Made by a program: the position numbers and the translations under genes. Shown piece by piece: positions 48,701 to 58,008 of a stretch of DNA of 64,000 bases. The notes under the pieces are model-generated. The model worked only from the letters and a program-made list of their open reading frames with translations. It searched no databases and was not told where the DNA came from. Origin of the DNA: Mobula birostris (Eukaryota); assembly GCF_030028105.1 (NCBI RefSeq), contig NC_092382.1, positions 103,995,586 through 104,059,585 of the forward strand. Direction: 5' to 3'. Positions within the stretch are counted from its first letter, which is position 1, and the number at the start of each line of letters is the position of its first letter.

Positions 48701-49990
48701 AGGACAATATGAAAGAGAGTGTGGGAAAGGGGAGAATGGGGAAAGAGAGTTAGATAGAGGGGAAATGGCAACGGAGAGAGCGGGAGGCGTAGAAGGGTAG
48801 AAACAGTGATAAGGGTAGGGAAAGTGGAGAGAATGAGGGTAAGAGAAAGAATTAGTGGGCCAGAGAAGAAGAAAAGAAGGTGAGAGCGGATTAGCGTGTG
48901 AGAGATAGGGGGGAGAAAGAGGGAGGCAGGGGAGAGAGAGTAGAAAGGATGAGAGAGCAGGGTTAGAACGCGGAGAGTATTGTTCACATTTTATAGAGTT
49001 CCCCTTCCTCACTGCCTCTTTCTACTCTCCTCCCTCCTCGCCACTCCTCCCAAGGGGTTTCCTCCTTATTGGCCATGCCGCAGTACTCCCTGCTGTCGCA
49101 CCACGCCCCCCCCCCACCACACAGAGCCCCCTCCTCAGTGCCCCCCAATTTAATCCGCTCACACGGTTCTCCCACCACACCACAAATCCCGTGACGTTCT
49201 CTGCACCGATCCCACCCAGAGCAATCTTCTCATCACTTTCCACAGCCCTCCGTCTCTACCGCCCCGCCTCCTGCTCTGCCTTACCCCGCCCCTTCCCAGA
49301 GCGCTCCCCCCTCACCGACCATCCCACAGAGCTCGTATCTCATCGCGTCTCGCACGCATTGCCTCGGAATCATTCTCAAACAGGGAATCATTAGTGTCAA
49401 CTGCACCCGTGCCACGAGATTTCTCGACAGGAATGGACACATCGGCTGAACAGAGTCAAAACAACAAAGTGAAACTGACCTGCATCTGTCCGGGGAACGG
49501 AGAGGCCCCTGATATCCGGTTTCGCGTACGATACATCAGGTTCAGCTGGGAAAAGAACAGTGAGAGTCAGAAACAGGGTGAGGCTCCCGTCCCACGCTCC
49601 TATCACAAACTCCCGTGGTCAGACACAGAGTCAGGCTTCCTCCACCCCGTTCCATTCCCCACTCCCGCGGTCAGCAACAGAGTGAATCTCCCTCCACACC
49701 ATCCCATCACACAGACACGGGATGAGACACCGAGTGAAGCTCCCTCCCCACTGTCCCATTACACATTCCCAGAGCCAGAAACAGAGAGTCGCTCCCTCCA
49801 CCCGTCCCATCACACGCTCCGACTGTCAGACAAAGAGTGTTGCTCCCTCCACCCCGTCCCATTACACACTCCAGGGGACAGAAAGAGATTGAAACTCCCT
49901 CCTTCCCTCACGGCCTCACTCACTTCTCGATGGAAGCCGTAAGTCCGGTTTGACGAGCTGAACATTCGCATAAGTCTGGCTGTCTTCCAT
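30533..49990 (-). CDS. Gene B: intact type II transmembrane C-type lectin-like (NK-receptor-like) inhibitory receptor, 9 coding exons, 377 aa
   Basis: Exons 49990-49924, 49545-49480, 48004-47885, 45695-45576, 44547-44431, 43280-43044, 32605-32463, 31830-31766, 30731-30533. All introns are GT-AG with consistent phases, giving 1134 nt with no internal stop. Joining neck to CTLD across the 10.4-kb TE-filled intron is inferred from phase and from the absence of another intervening CTLD exon. Confidence 0.85.
30830..31745 (+). repeat. Last-intron degenerate minisatellite
   Basis: Same family as 27075-28290 and 62900-64000. Confidence 0.75.
31766..31830 (-). CDS. Gene B exon 8 (CTLD middle)
   Basis: cag|[22 protein letters not shown]|gtgag, 65 nt. 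Confidence 0.9.
31910..32430 (+). repeat. 52-bp satellite array
   Basis: Tandem units visible. Orientation flips at 32625-32725, beyond exon 7. Confidence 0.9.
32463..32605 (-). CDS. Gene B exon 7 (CTLD N-terminal)
   Basis: cag|[48 protein letters not shown]|gtatg, 143 nt. Confidence 0.92.
32725..32998 (+). mobile_element. Penelope-like element fragment
   Basis: [11 protein letters not shown].. and ..[16 protein letters not shown] motifs, typical of the Penelope RT/GIY-YIG linker. Confidence 0.6.
32999..36365 (+). mobile_element. CR1 LINE (end of ORF1 esterase plus ORF2), decayed
   Basis: [45 protein letters not shown] and [10 protein letters not shown] motifs, with many stops. Confidence 0.95.
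36367..36630 (+). mobile_element. Tc1 3' end fragment
   Basis: Aligns with 17590-17847. Confidence 0.7.
36630..37405 (-). repeat. Degenerate 52-bp satellite
   Basis: Tandem units visible. Confidence 0.8.
37405..41552 (+). mobile_element. Near full-length CR1 LINE (ORF1 zinc finger plus SGNH esterase; ORF2 EN+RT), inactivated
   Basis: [44 protein letters not shown] and [12 protein letters not shown] motifs. 3' tail (TTTCTATG)n. Multiple frameshifts. Confidence 0.95.
41555..43000 (-). repeat. Degenerate 52-bp satellite (gene B intron 6)
   Basis: Tandem units. Homologous in inverted orientation to 59360-60350. Confidence 0.85.
43044..43280 (-). CDS. Gene B exon 6 (coiled-coil neck)
   Basis: [79 protein letters not shown], 237 nt, phase 1-1. 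Confidence 0.9.
43310..44355 (+). repeat. Degenerate GTGTCAC(A/G)GTG minisatellite (gene B intron 5)
   Basis: Same family as 4805-5870. Confidence 0.75.
44431..44547 (-). CDS. Gene B exon 5 (transmembrane)
   Basis: [39 protein letters not shown], 117 nt. Basic residues precede an uncharged hydrophobic stretch, consistent with type II topology. Confidence 0.9.
44565..45510 (+). mobile_element. Old CR1 fragments in intron 4 (mirror copy on - strand at ~58375-59147)
   Basis: [16 protein letters not shown] and [16 protein letters not shown] motifs. Confidence 0.75.
45576..45695 (-). CDS. Gene B exon 4 (ITIM SIYSML)
   Basis: [40 protein letters not shown], 120 nt, phase 1-1. Confidence 0.85.
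45878..46620 (+). mobile_element. Penelope-like element 3' part (GIY-YIG)
   Basis: [54 protein letters not shown]. Has a short inverted piece at 45878-45930 and a CCTGACGAAGGGTTCCGGTCCGAAACGTCGAC end. Confidence 0.9.
46730..47190. mobile_element. CR1 RT fragment (-) and CR1 3' end (+); mirror copy at ~56685-57145
   Basis: [22 protein letters not shown] motif and a CAGCCATGATCA..TCGAAGGG..AATGGCCT 3' end. Confidence 0.8.
47885..48004 (-). CDS. Gene B exon 3 (ITIM STYSEL)
   Basis: [40 protein letters not shown], 120 nt, phase 1-1. Confidence 0.88.
49480..49545 (-). CDS. Gene B exon 2 (ITIM-like VSYAKP)
   Basis: [22 protein letters not shown], 66 nt, cag/gtcag boundaries. Confidence 0.8.
49924..49990 (-). 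CDS. Gene B exon 1 (start codon; QTYANV)
   Basis: ACAGC-ATG-G Kozak-like context, [22 protein letters not shown]|gtgagt. Confidence 0.85.
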
Positions 49991-50859
49991 GCTGTCTCGG
50001 ATTCCGTGCGTCTCTGAACTCAGCGAGGGGATGTATCCGATATCAGAGGCAGCCCCTGTTGACAGCGGAGTCAGACCGACAGGAACGAACACCAGATGAG
50101 CAGCTGATAAAGAGAGGAGCCGAGAGCAGGGGAGGAAGTGCTGGGGAAGAGGGAGATTGAGGGTGTGAGAGGCGGTGGTCTGGAGCGATGAGAGTGGCAG
50201 GGGGAAGAGTAGTGAGAATGGGGAGGTACACAGGGAGGGCAGAGTAAGGGGAGGTTAGGGCTTTGCGGAAAGAGAGACGTGGGATACAGGGGTCAGAAAG
50301 GGATGGCGGAATGAAAGAAGGGGAGGGCGAGAAGTGGGAGAGAATGGGGAGAGAATTTAAAGTAGCGAGTGAGTAAACAGAGGGCGAGCTAAAGGGGGAA
50401 AGCAGGAGAAAGAGAAACGAACAGGGAGGGGCGGAGGAAGAGGGTGGAGAGATGCAGGGAAGGGGCGATTGTAGGGGAAGGAATATGGAAGTTGGAAGGA
50501 TATAGGAAGAGAAGAAAGGAGACAGAAAACAATGGAAGAAGGGGAAGAGTGGGGGATGACGAGTGAAGAGGGAGGGAGAGACAGAGCGATATGTTGTCTC
50601 TCACGCAGAACCTTTATTGTCGGAGAGATTTACAACGAACACCAGCCCCCTCTCCCGCTAACCCCAACCTCCAGGTGATTCCTGGTTTGAGTGTCAGCGC
50701 TCCCATTGCTCTTCTTATCGCCGGGGCTTCAGATCGTCTGTGCTCTGGAAACCACGGCCCCGGGGCAAACCAGCAACACCCACCGAAGTTAGCAAGCGCC
50801 ACACCTCCCCCCCCCCCCCCGGAGGATACGTCAGAGCAATAGATTGCCATTTTAGATTG

Positions 50860-50985
50860 TGTAACACTTATGAAAGAAAGCGGACATTTTGATCTTGAAG
50901 GTCACAGGAAACCAGCGCAGGCTGATCGGTATCTGCGGTTTGAATCTCTTCACCCATTGGAAGATAAGCCGGGGGTTGTCAGTGT
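50860..50985 (+). mobile_element. Short Penelope RT fragment (mirror copy at ~52900-52990)
   Basis: HRKPAQADRYLRFESLHPLEDKPGVV. Confidence 0.5.
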
Positions 50986-51362
50986 CAGTGTTTCAGAGAA
51001 GTATTGAAAGATTGCTGCTGCACTGACTGAGCTATATACGCAGCAAGAAATAAAAATAGCAGGGACCTCAGCCCAACAGACGCAGTTCAGGAGCTCTCTC
51101 AAAAACCCTCCATCACCTCCTGTCAATCATGTTCTCCCTCTGCGTCCCTCACTCTTCCTTCACTATCTTACTATTTCTCTCCCTTGACTGCCTCCAACCT
51201 GCTTCAATTTCGCTCCTTTCTTCAGCTCTCCCATTTTCCTCTTACCCCTCTCCCTCCTGTGCCTTTCTATCTCAGTGCCCTCCTCATGAAGCCTTCTCTT
51301 TTTTCTCCCCACGCTTTCTACCCGACAAGAGAGATTCTACGTACCTTGTTCCTATTTTCCAG

Positions 51363-51438
51363 AGCAGGCGGTGTGGCGAAGCAGCATTTTTCACACCCAG
51401 ATTCAAAGCGTCTGGAAATAAATTCAAAAGTGGAAGAG
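51363..51438 (+). pseudogene. Internally deleted CTLD-1 exon remnant in the palindrome spacer
   Basis: ttccag|AGCAG..AKQHFSHPDSKRLEINSKVEE with the donor lost. Downstream GATATATCCACACC matches the gene C intron at ~61712. Confidence 0.7.
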
Positions 51439-51629
51439 TCCTTTGTCAGATACACAGAAGATATATCCACACCGGACTGAATATCCATCCACACTGTTCC
51501 ATCCCACACTCCCGTGATCAAACGCAGAGTGAAACTCCCTCCACACCGTCCCAGCACACACGCCCGGGGTCAGACACATGGTGAAGCCCCCTCCACACCT
51601 TTGGTGTCAGATCTGCTGTCTTTCACGCG

Positions 51630-51843
51630 ATATCGATCTCTCAGTTCTGAGCTTGCCTGTGTCTCTGTGTGCACAGGATTATCGTGTGGTTTCACATCAC
51701 TTCCTGCCAGTGCTGCAAACTCACCACCTATTCACAGCCCTACGTCTCCTCCCGCTCCCTCCTCAGTTCTACATTTGATCACAAACACAGATTATCTCTG
51801 AGACAGGCTCACAATTAGAGACTACAGGAACGCTGAAGTGATG
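51630..51843 (+). promoter_or_regulatory. Putative promoter and non-coding leader exon for gene C (copy 3)
   Basis: RUNX-type TGTGGTT (51685-51691) lies next to ETS-type ACTTCCTG (51699-51706). Strong donor G|gtgagt at 51844, candidate acceptor TTTTATCAG at 53766. Confidence 0.55.
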
Positions 51844-51945
51844 GTGAGTGCTGAGGTGGGAGAGAGGGAGTAAAGAGGGAGATACGTTCTGTTTCCGAAT
51901 CTGTTGGTGTATAATGGGACTGTGAGGAGGGAGCTTCACTCTGTA

Positions 51946-52077
51946 ACACTCACAACACGCTGGAGGAGCTCAGCAATTCGGGCAGCATCCGTGGAACGAT
52001 CAATCAACGTTTCGGGCCGGAACTCTTCCACGGGTGCTGCCCGACATGTCCAGTTCCTCCAGCGTGTTGTGAATGTT
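51946..52077. mobile_element. Short hairpin (MITE-like or Penelope-terminus-derived) element
   Basis: AACACTCACAACACGCTGGAGGA..GGGCAGCA pairs with TGCTGCCC..TCCTCCAGCGTGTTGTGAATGTT. Confidence 0.65.
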
Positions 52078-52114
52078 GTTTTCACCGCAGCATTGGCAGA
52101 TTATTTTGTGTTTA

Positions 52115-52577
52115 AACTTCACGCTGTGTTTGACCCCAGGTGTTTGTGATAAGACGGTGCGCGGGAGTTTCTCTCTGTTTCGGACCCTGTGGAGTCTGTG
52201 ACCGGACGGTGTAGAGAGAGTTTCACTCTGTGTCTGACCCCGGGAGTGTGTGATGGAACGGTGTGAGGGAGATTCACTCTGTGTCTGACCCCGGGAGTGT
52301 GTGATGGGACCGTGCGGAGGGAGATTCACTCTGAGTCTGACCCCGGGAGTGTGTGATGGGACGGTGTGGAGGGAGATTCACTCTGTGTCTGACCCCGGGA
52401 GTGTGTGATCGGACGGTGTGGAGGGAGATTCACTCTGTGTCTGACTCCGTGTGTGCGATGCGACGGTGTGGAGGGAACTTCACTCCCTGTCTGATCCTGA
52501 CGACTGTGAGATGCGATGGTCTGGAGGAAGTTGTACTTGTGTCTGACTCCGGGAGTGGTTGTTCGGACAGTGCCGAG

Positions 52578-52580
<3 letters not shown>
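52115..52580 (+). repeat. 52-bp satellite array, followed by (CT)n(CA)n at ~52578-52632
   Basis: Tandem units visible. Confidence 0.9.
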
Positions 52581-52632
<52 letters not shown>

Positions 52633-55600
52633 TTTCAGTGTGTCACTGTTCTGGAGAGCTGGAGAGAGGAGCGAAATTGAAGCAGGTTAGAGGCATTGAT
52701 GGGAAAGAAATAGGGAGATAGTGAGGGGAGAGTCAGGGACGCAGAGAGAGAAAATAATTGACAGAAGCTGATGGAGGATTTTGAGAGAGCTCCTGAACTC
52801 TGTCTGTTGGGCTGACGTCCCTGCTATTTTTATTTCTTGCTGTGTATATAGCTCAGTCAGTGCAGCAGCAAGCTTTCAATACTTCTCTGAAACACAGACA
52901 CTGACAACCCCCGGCTTATCTTCCAATGGGTGAAGAGATTCAAACCACAGATACCGATCAGCCTGCGCTCTTTTCCTGTGACCTTCAATATCTCAATCTA
53001 TGATTTCTTTCATAAGTGTTACACAATCTAAAATGGCAATCTATTGCTCTGACGTCTTCTCGGAGGGAGGGGCTCGCTTACTTCGGTGGGTGTTGCGTGT
53101 TTGTCCCGGGGCCGTGGTTTCTAGATCAGAGAGGGTCTGAAGCCCCGGCGATAAGCAAAGCAATGGGAGCGCTGACGCTCAAACCAGGAATCACCTGGAG
53201 GTTGGGGTTAGCGGGAGAGGGGGCTGGTGTTCGTTGTAAATCTCTCCGACAATAAAAGCTCTGCGTGAGAGACAACATACCCGTCCGTCTCTCCCTCCCT
53301 CTTCACTCGTCATCCTCCACTCTTCCCCTTCTTCCATTCTTTTCTCTCTTCTTTCTTCTCTTCCTATATCCTTCCACATTCCATATTCCTTCCCCCACAA
53401 TCGCCCCTTCCCTGCATCGCTCTTCCCTCTCTTCCTCCGCCCCTCCCTGTTCGTTTCTCTTTCTCCTGCTTTCCCCCTTTAGCTCGCCCTCTGTTTACTC
53501 ACTCGCTACAGTAAATTCTCTCCCCACATCTCCCACTTCTCGCCCTCCCCTTCTTTCATTCCGCCATCCCTTTCTGACCCCTGTATCCCACGTCTCTCTT
53601 TCCGCCAAGCCCTAACCTCCCCTCACTCTCCCCTCCCTGAGCATCTCCCCACTCTCACTACTCTTCCCCCTGCCACTCTCATCGCTCCAGACCACCGCCT
53701 CTCACACCCTCAATCTCCCTCTTCCCAGGCACTTCCTCCCCTGCTCTCGGCTGCTCTTTTTATCAGCTGCTCATCCGTTGTTTGTTTCTGTCGGCCTGAC
53801 TCCGCTGGGAACAGGGGCTTCCTCTGACAACGATCACATCCCCTCGCTGAGTTGAGAGACGCAAAGAATCCGAGACAGCATGGAAGACAGGCAAACTTAT
53901 GCGAATGTTCAGCTCGTCAAACCGGACTTACGGTTTCCATCGAGAAGTGAGTGAGGCCGTGACGGAAGGAGGGAGTTTCAATCTATTCTGTCCCCTGGAG
54001 TGTGTAATGGGACGGGGTGGAGGGAGCAACACTCTTTGTCTGACAGTCGGAGCGTGTGATTGGACGGGTGGAGGGAGCGACTCTCTGTTTCTGGCTCTGG
54101 GAATGTGTAATGGGACAGTGGGGAGGGAGCTTCACTCTGTGTCTCATCCCGTGTCTGTGTGTTGGCATGGTGTGGAGGGAGATTCACTCTGTTGCTGACT
54201 GCGGGAGTGGGGAATGGAACGGGGTGGAGGAAGCTTGACTCTGTGTCTAACCCCGGGAGTTTGTGATAGGAGCCTGGGTCGCGGCGTCACCCTGTTTCTG
54301 ACTCTCACTGTTCTTTTCCCAGCTGAACCTGATGTATCGTACGCGAAACCGAATATCAAAGGCCTCTCCGTTCCCCGGACAGATGCATGTCAGTTTCACT
54401 TTGTTGTTTTGACTCTGTTCAGCCAATGTGTCCATTCCTGTCGAGAAATCTCGTGGCACGGGCGCAGTTGACACTAATGATTCCCTGTTTGAGAATAATT
54501 CATAGGCAATGCGTGCGAGACGCGATGAGATACGAGCTCTGTGGGATGGTCGATGAGGGGGGAGCGCTCTAGGAAGGGGCGGGGTAAGGCAGAGCAGGAG
54601 GCGGGACGGTAGAGACGGAGGGCTGTGGAAAGTGATGAGAAGATTGCTCTGGGTGGGATCGGTGCAGAGAACGTCACGGGATTTGTGGTGTGGTGGGAGA
54701 ACCGTGTGAGGGGGTTAAATTGGGGTGCACTGAGGAGGGGGGTCTGTGTGGTGGGGGGGCGTGGTGCGACAGCAGGGAGTGCTGCGGCATGGCCAATAAG
54801 GAGGAAACCCCTTGGGAGGAGTGGCGAGGAGGGAGGAGAGTAGAAAGAGGCAGTGAGGAAGGGGAACTCTATAAAATGTGAACAATACTCTCCGCGTTCT
54901 AACCCTGCTCTCTCATCCTTTCTACTCTCTCTCCCCTGCCTCCCTCTTTCTCCCCCCTATCTCTCACACGCTAATCCGCTCTCACCTTCTTTTCTTCTTC
55001 TCTGGCCCACTAATTCTTTCTCTTACCCTCATTCTCTCCACTTTCCCTACCCTTATCACTGTTTCTACCCTTCTACGCCTCCCGCTCTCTCCGTTGCCAT
55101 TTCCCCTCTATCTAACTCTCTTTCCCCATTCTCCCCTTTCCCACACTCTCTTTCATATTGTCCTTCTCCACCGTCCTCGTTCTTCTCGCGCACTCTTTCC
55201 CTCACTCCGCTCACTTCGCCCCGCCACTTTTTCTCCCTCCTGTCTCAGTCTATCTCCCCGTTCACACCCTCTCGCTGTGACCCAATCTTCCGAGCAACTG
55301 CCCCCTCCACACCTTCTCACTCTCTGTATTCACCTCGTCCCTCTCTCCCCCACGCTGTCCCCTCTCTCTTTACCCTCTCTATTTAACCTGTCTCCCCTTC
55401 TGTCTCTCTCCCTTTATTTTGCACCCTTGAGCCTCCCAAGTTTCCCCTCCCTCAGTCCCCCTCTCTCACCTTCTCCTTCGCTGATGTTCTCACCCCTGCC
55501 TCTCCCCTACGCATAATCTCTCTCCCTTTTCTCCCTCCCTCTCTCTGTCTTCCCCTTTCCGTCACCGTTCTCTCTCCCCCATTCACTCCCATCTTCTCAC

Positions 55601-57264
55601 CCATCGCTCAAATCGCTCACTCCTCTCTGCCCAGTCCATTCATCCTTTTCATCCTCACTCTCCTGCTCTTTCTCCTCGGCTCTTTCCCCTCACTTGCACC
55701 TCTCTCTCATCTTCAATATCTACCACTCAGCCCTCTCTTTCCGCACTCTATCTTCCCGCATCGCTGCTCCGTTTCTAGGACCTCACCCCTCCACCATGCT
55801 TTACTGGTCTGTCCTCCTTCTAAATTTCCCTCTCTCATTCTCTCCTCTTTCTTCCCCAGACCGTCTGACCTCCACCCACTCCGAGCTGAACATTGGGAAA
55901 GACGAACACCTCATCGATGAGGATGAGGTTCCTCCCATTGCCTCGAGTTCCGGCGAGCTGCGAGTCACTGCACGAACAGGTCAGAGTTCACAGTACCGAC
56001 ACTGAAGAGGTCACGTGTCATACTCACAAGTGTCCAAGTTTCTAATGCATCTGCCTCGGCCACTACCTCTGGCAGCTTGTACCACTGACTGACCGCCATC
56101 GGGGTAACAAAAGTTTGTTACTCGGCTCCTGACATTTAACACGTTTTAATTGGCTCTGCTCCATTGATTGTCCTCTTCCCAGGAAGTGACAATCTGTCAT
56201 TTCAGGCACTTTGTTCTCAGTCAGCTTGAATCGCGCAGATCAGGCTGCCTCACCTCCAAGGCCTTCATCCACACATCCCGCTGCATCGCTGAAGCAGCCT
56301 CCGTAATAAAGACTCCGACCCACCCAGGATAATGTTCTTACGAGACCCCCTCCCAACCCATACTCTCCCACATCGGGGAAGATACGTAAACAAGCCTCGC
56401 CAGGCACAAAGGCAGTTTGTGCCCGCTTTTATCAGACTATACAGTGGTCCCCGATGACGGTAATGCACTCTAGACATCGCCGTCTGCTACGTCGTATCCC
56501 CTTGAATATTAATATCTGCCTGCACTGTACTTTCTCTGTAACTGTGACACTTTACTCTGCGCTCAGTTATTCTTTTACCTCTTTTACTCCTATGATGTGA
56601 TCTGTATCTATGACATTCCACTGGGACATCTCCTCTTTGAGATATATACAATGATCTGAATGCAAATGTAGATGGGTGGGATAATACACAATAGACAATA
56701 GGTACAGGATTAGGCCATTCATCCCTTCGAGTCAGCACCGCTATTCACTGTGATCATGGCTAAACGTCCAGAATCAGTACCCTTTTCCTGCCTTCTCCCC
56801 ATATCCCTTGACTCTGCTACCTTTAAGAGCTCGATCTAAATCTTTCTTGAAATAATCTAGAGAACTCGCCTCCACTGCCTTCCTAGGCAGAGCGAGGACC
56901 TTTATGTCCTCGTGTCCACGTGAATGGTACCTGAGGATTGGAGGGAGGCGAATGTTTACCCGTTGTTCAAAAATGTTAGTAGGGACAGTCCGGGTAATTA
57001 TAGTCCAGTGAGCTTTCCGTCTGTCTTGGAAAAGATTCTTAGAGATTGGATCTCTGGGCGTTTAGAAAATCATGGTCTAATCAGGGACAGTCAGCATGGT
57101 TTTGTGAACGGCAAGTCATGTCCATCAAGCCTTTAGAGTTCTTTGAGGAACTCTAAAAGAAATCATTTTAAGCACACCTACTGAACTCTCTCCCATCTGA
57201 ACCATTCAATCTTAGAGCGTGCCGTCTATAAAAAAAAAAAAAAAAAAAAACTCCCTGTAGAGTT

Positions 57265-58008
57265 ATTGAAGCAACACTTTCAGTACGCTGGATGAACTCA
57301 GCAGGTCGGGCAGCATCAGTCAGAAACGATGAGTCGACGTTTCGGACCGGAACCCTTCGTCAGGACTGAAGAATGAAAGATGGGGAAGGATTTGAAGAAT
57401 GCTTGTAGCTTCAGTTGAAAGACCAGTAACTTGAAAGATAAAGGGGTGGGGGAGGGGAAGCAGTGACTTCATAGCCCTGAATAAATGGGTGGTAGAAGAA
57501 GGAGGCGGAACCATGAGGGAGCTGGGGGACGGGGTAGAGTGAAATAAGGATAGAGGAAGGGAGGGGGAGGGAATTACTGAAAGTCGGAGAATTCTATGTT
57601 CATACCAAGGGGCTGGAGACTACCTGGACGGTATATGAGGTGTTGCTCCTCCAACCTGAGTTTAGCCTCATCATAGAGGTAGAGGAGGCCATATATGGAC
57701 ATATCTGAATGGAAGTGGGAAGCAGAGTTGAAGTGGGTGGCTACCGGGAGATCATAGCTGTTGTGGCGGACGGAGTGGAGGTGCTCGACGAAGTGGTCCC
57801 CCAATCTGCGTCGGGTTTCATCGATGTAGATGAGGTCGCACCGGGAGTACCGGATCCAATAGTCGACCCCAACAGACTCACAAGTGAAGTGTTGTCTCAC
57901 CTGGAAGGACTGTTTGGGGCCCTGAATGTTTGCAGGAGATGAGGTGTAGGGACAAGTTTGGAGGAGCAACACCTCATATACCGTCTCGGTAGTCTCCAGC
58001 CCCTTGGT
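57265..58008 (-). mobile_element. Penelope-like element (mirror copy of 45878-46620)
   Basis: ORF 57574-58014 GIY-YIG-like. Confidence 0.9.

Noticed and set aside
30533-49990. Assigning a gene symbol such as OLR1, KLRK1, CLEC12B or CD72
   Set aside because: The architecture is similar but orthology cannot be established by eye, and the CTLD motifs are atypical
48349-55516. 177-212-aa Ser/Leu/Pro-rich ORFs (also 24410-25180 and 29848-30639)
   Set aside because: They arise from pyrimidine-rich low-complexity tracts that lack stop codons by composition. Their duplication just reflects the palindrome.
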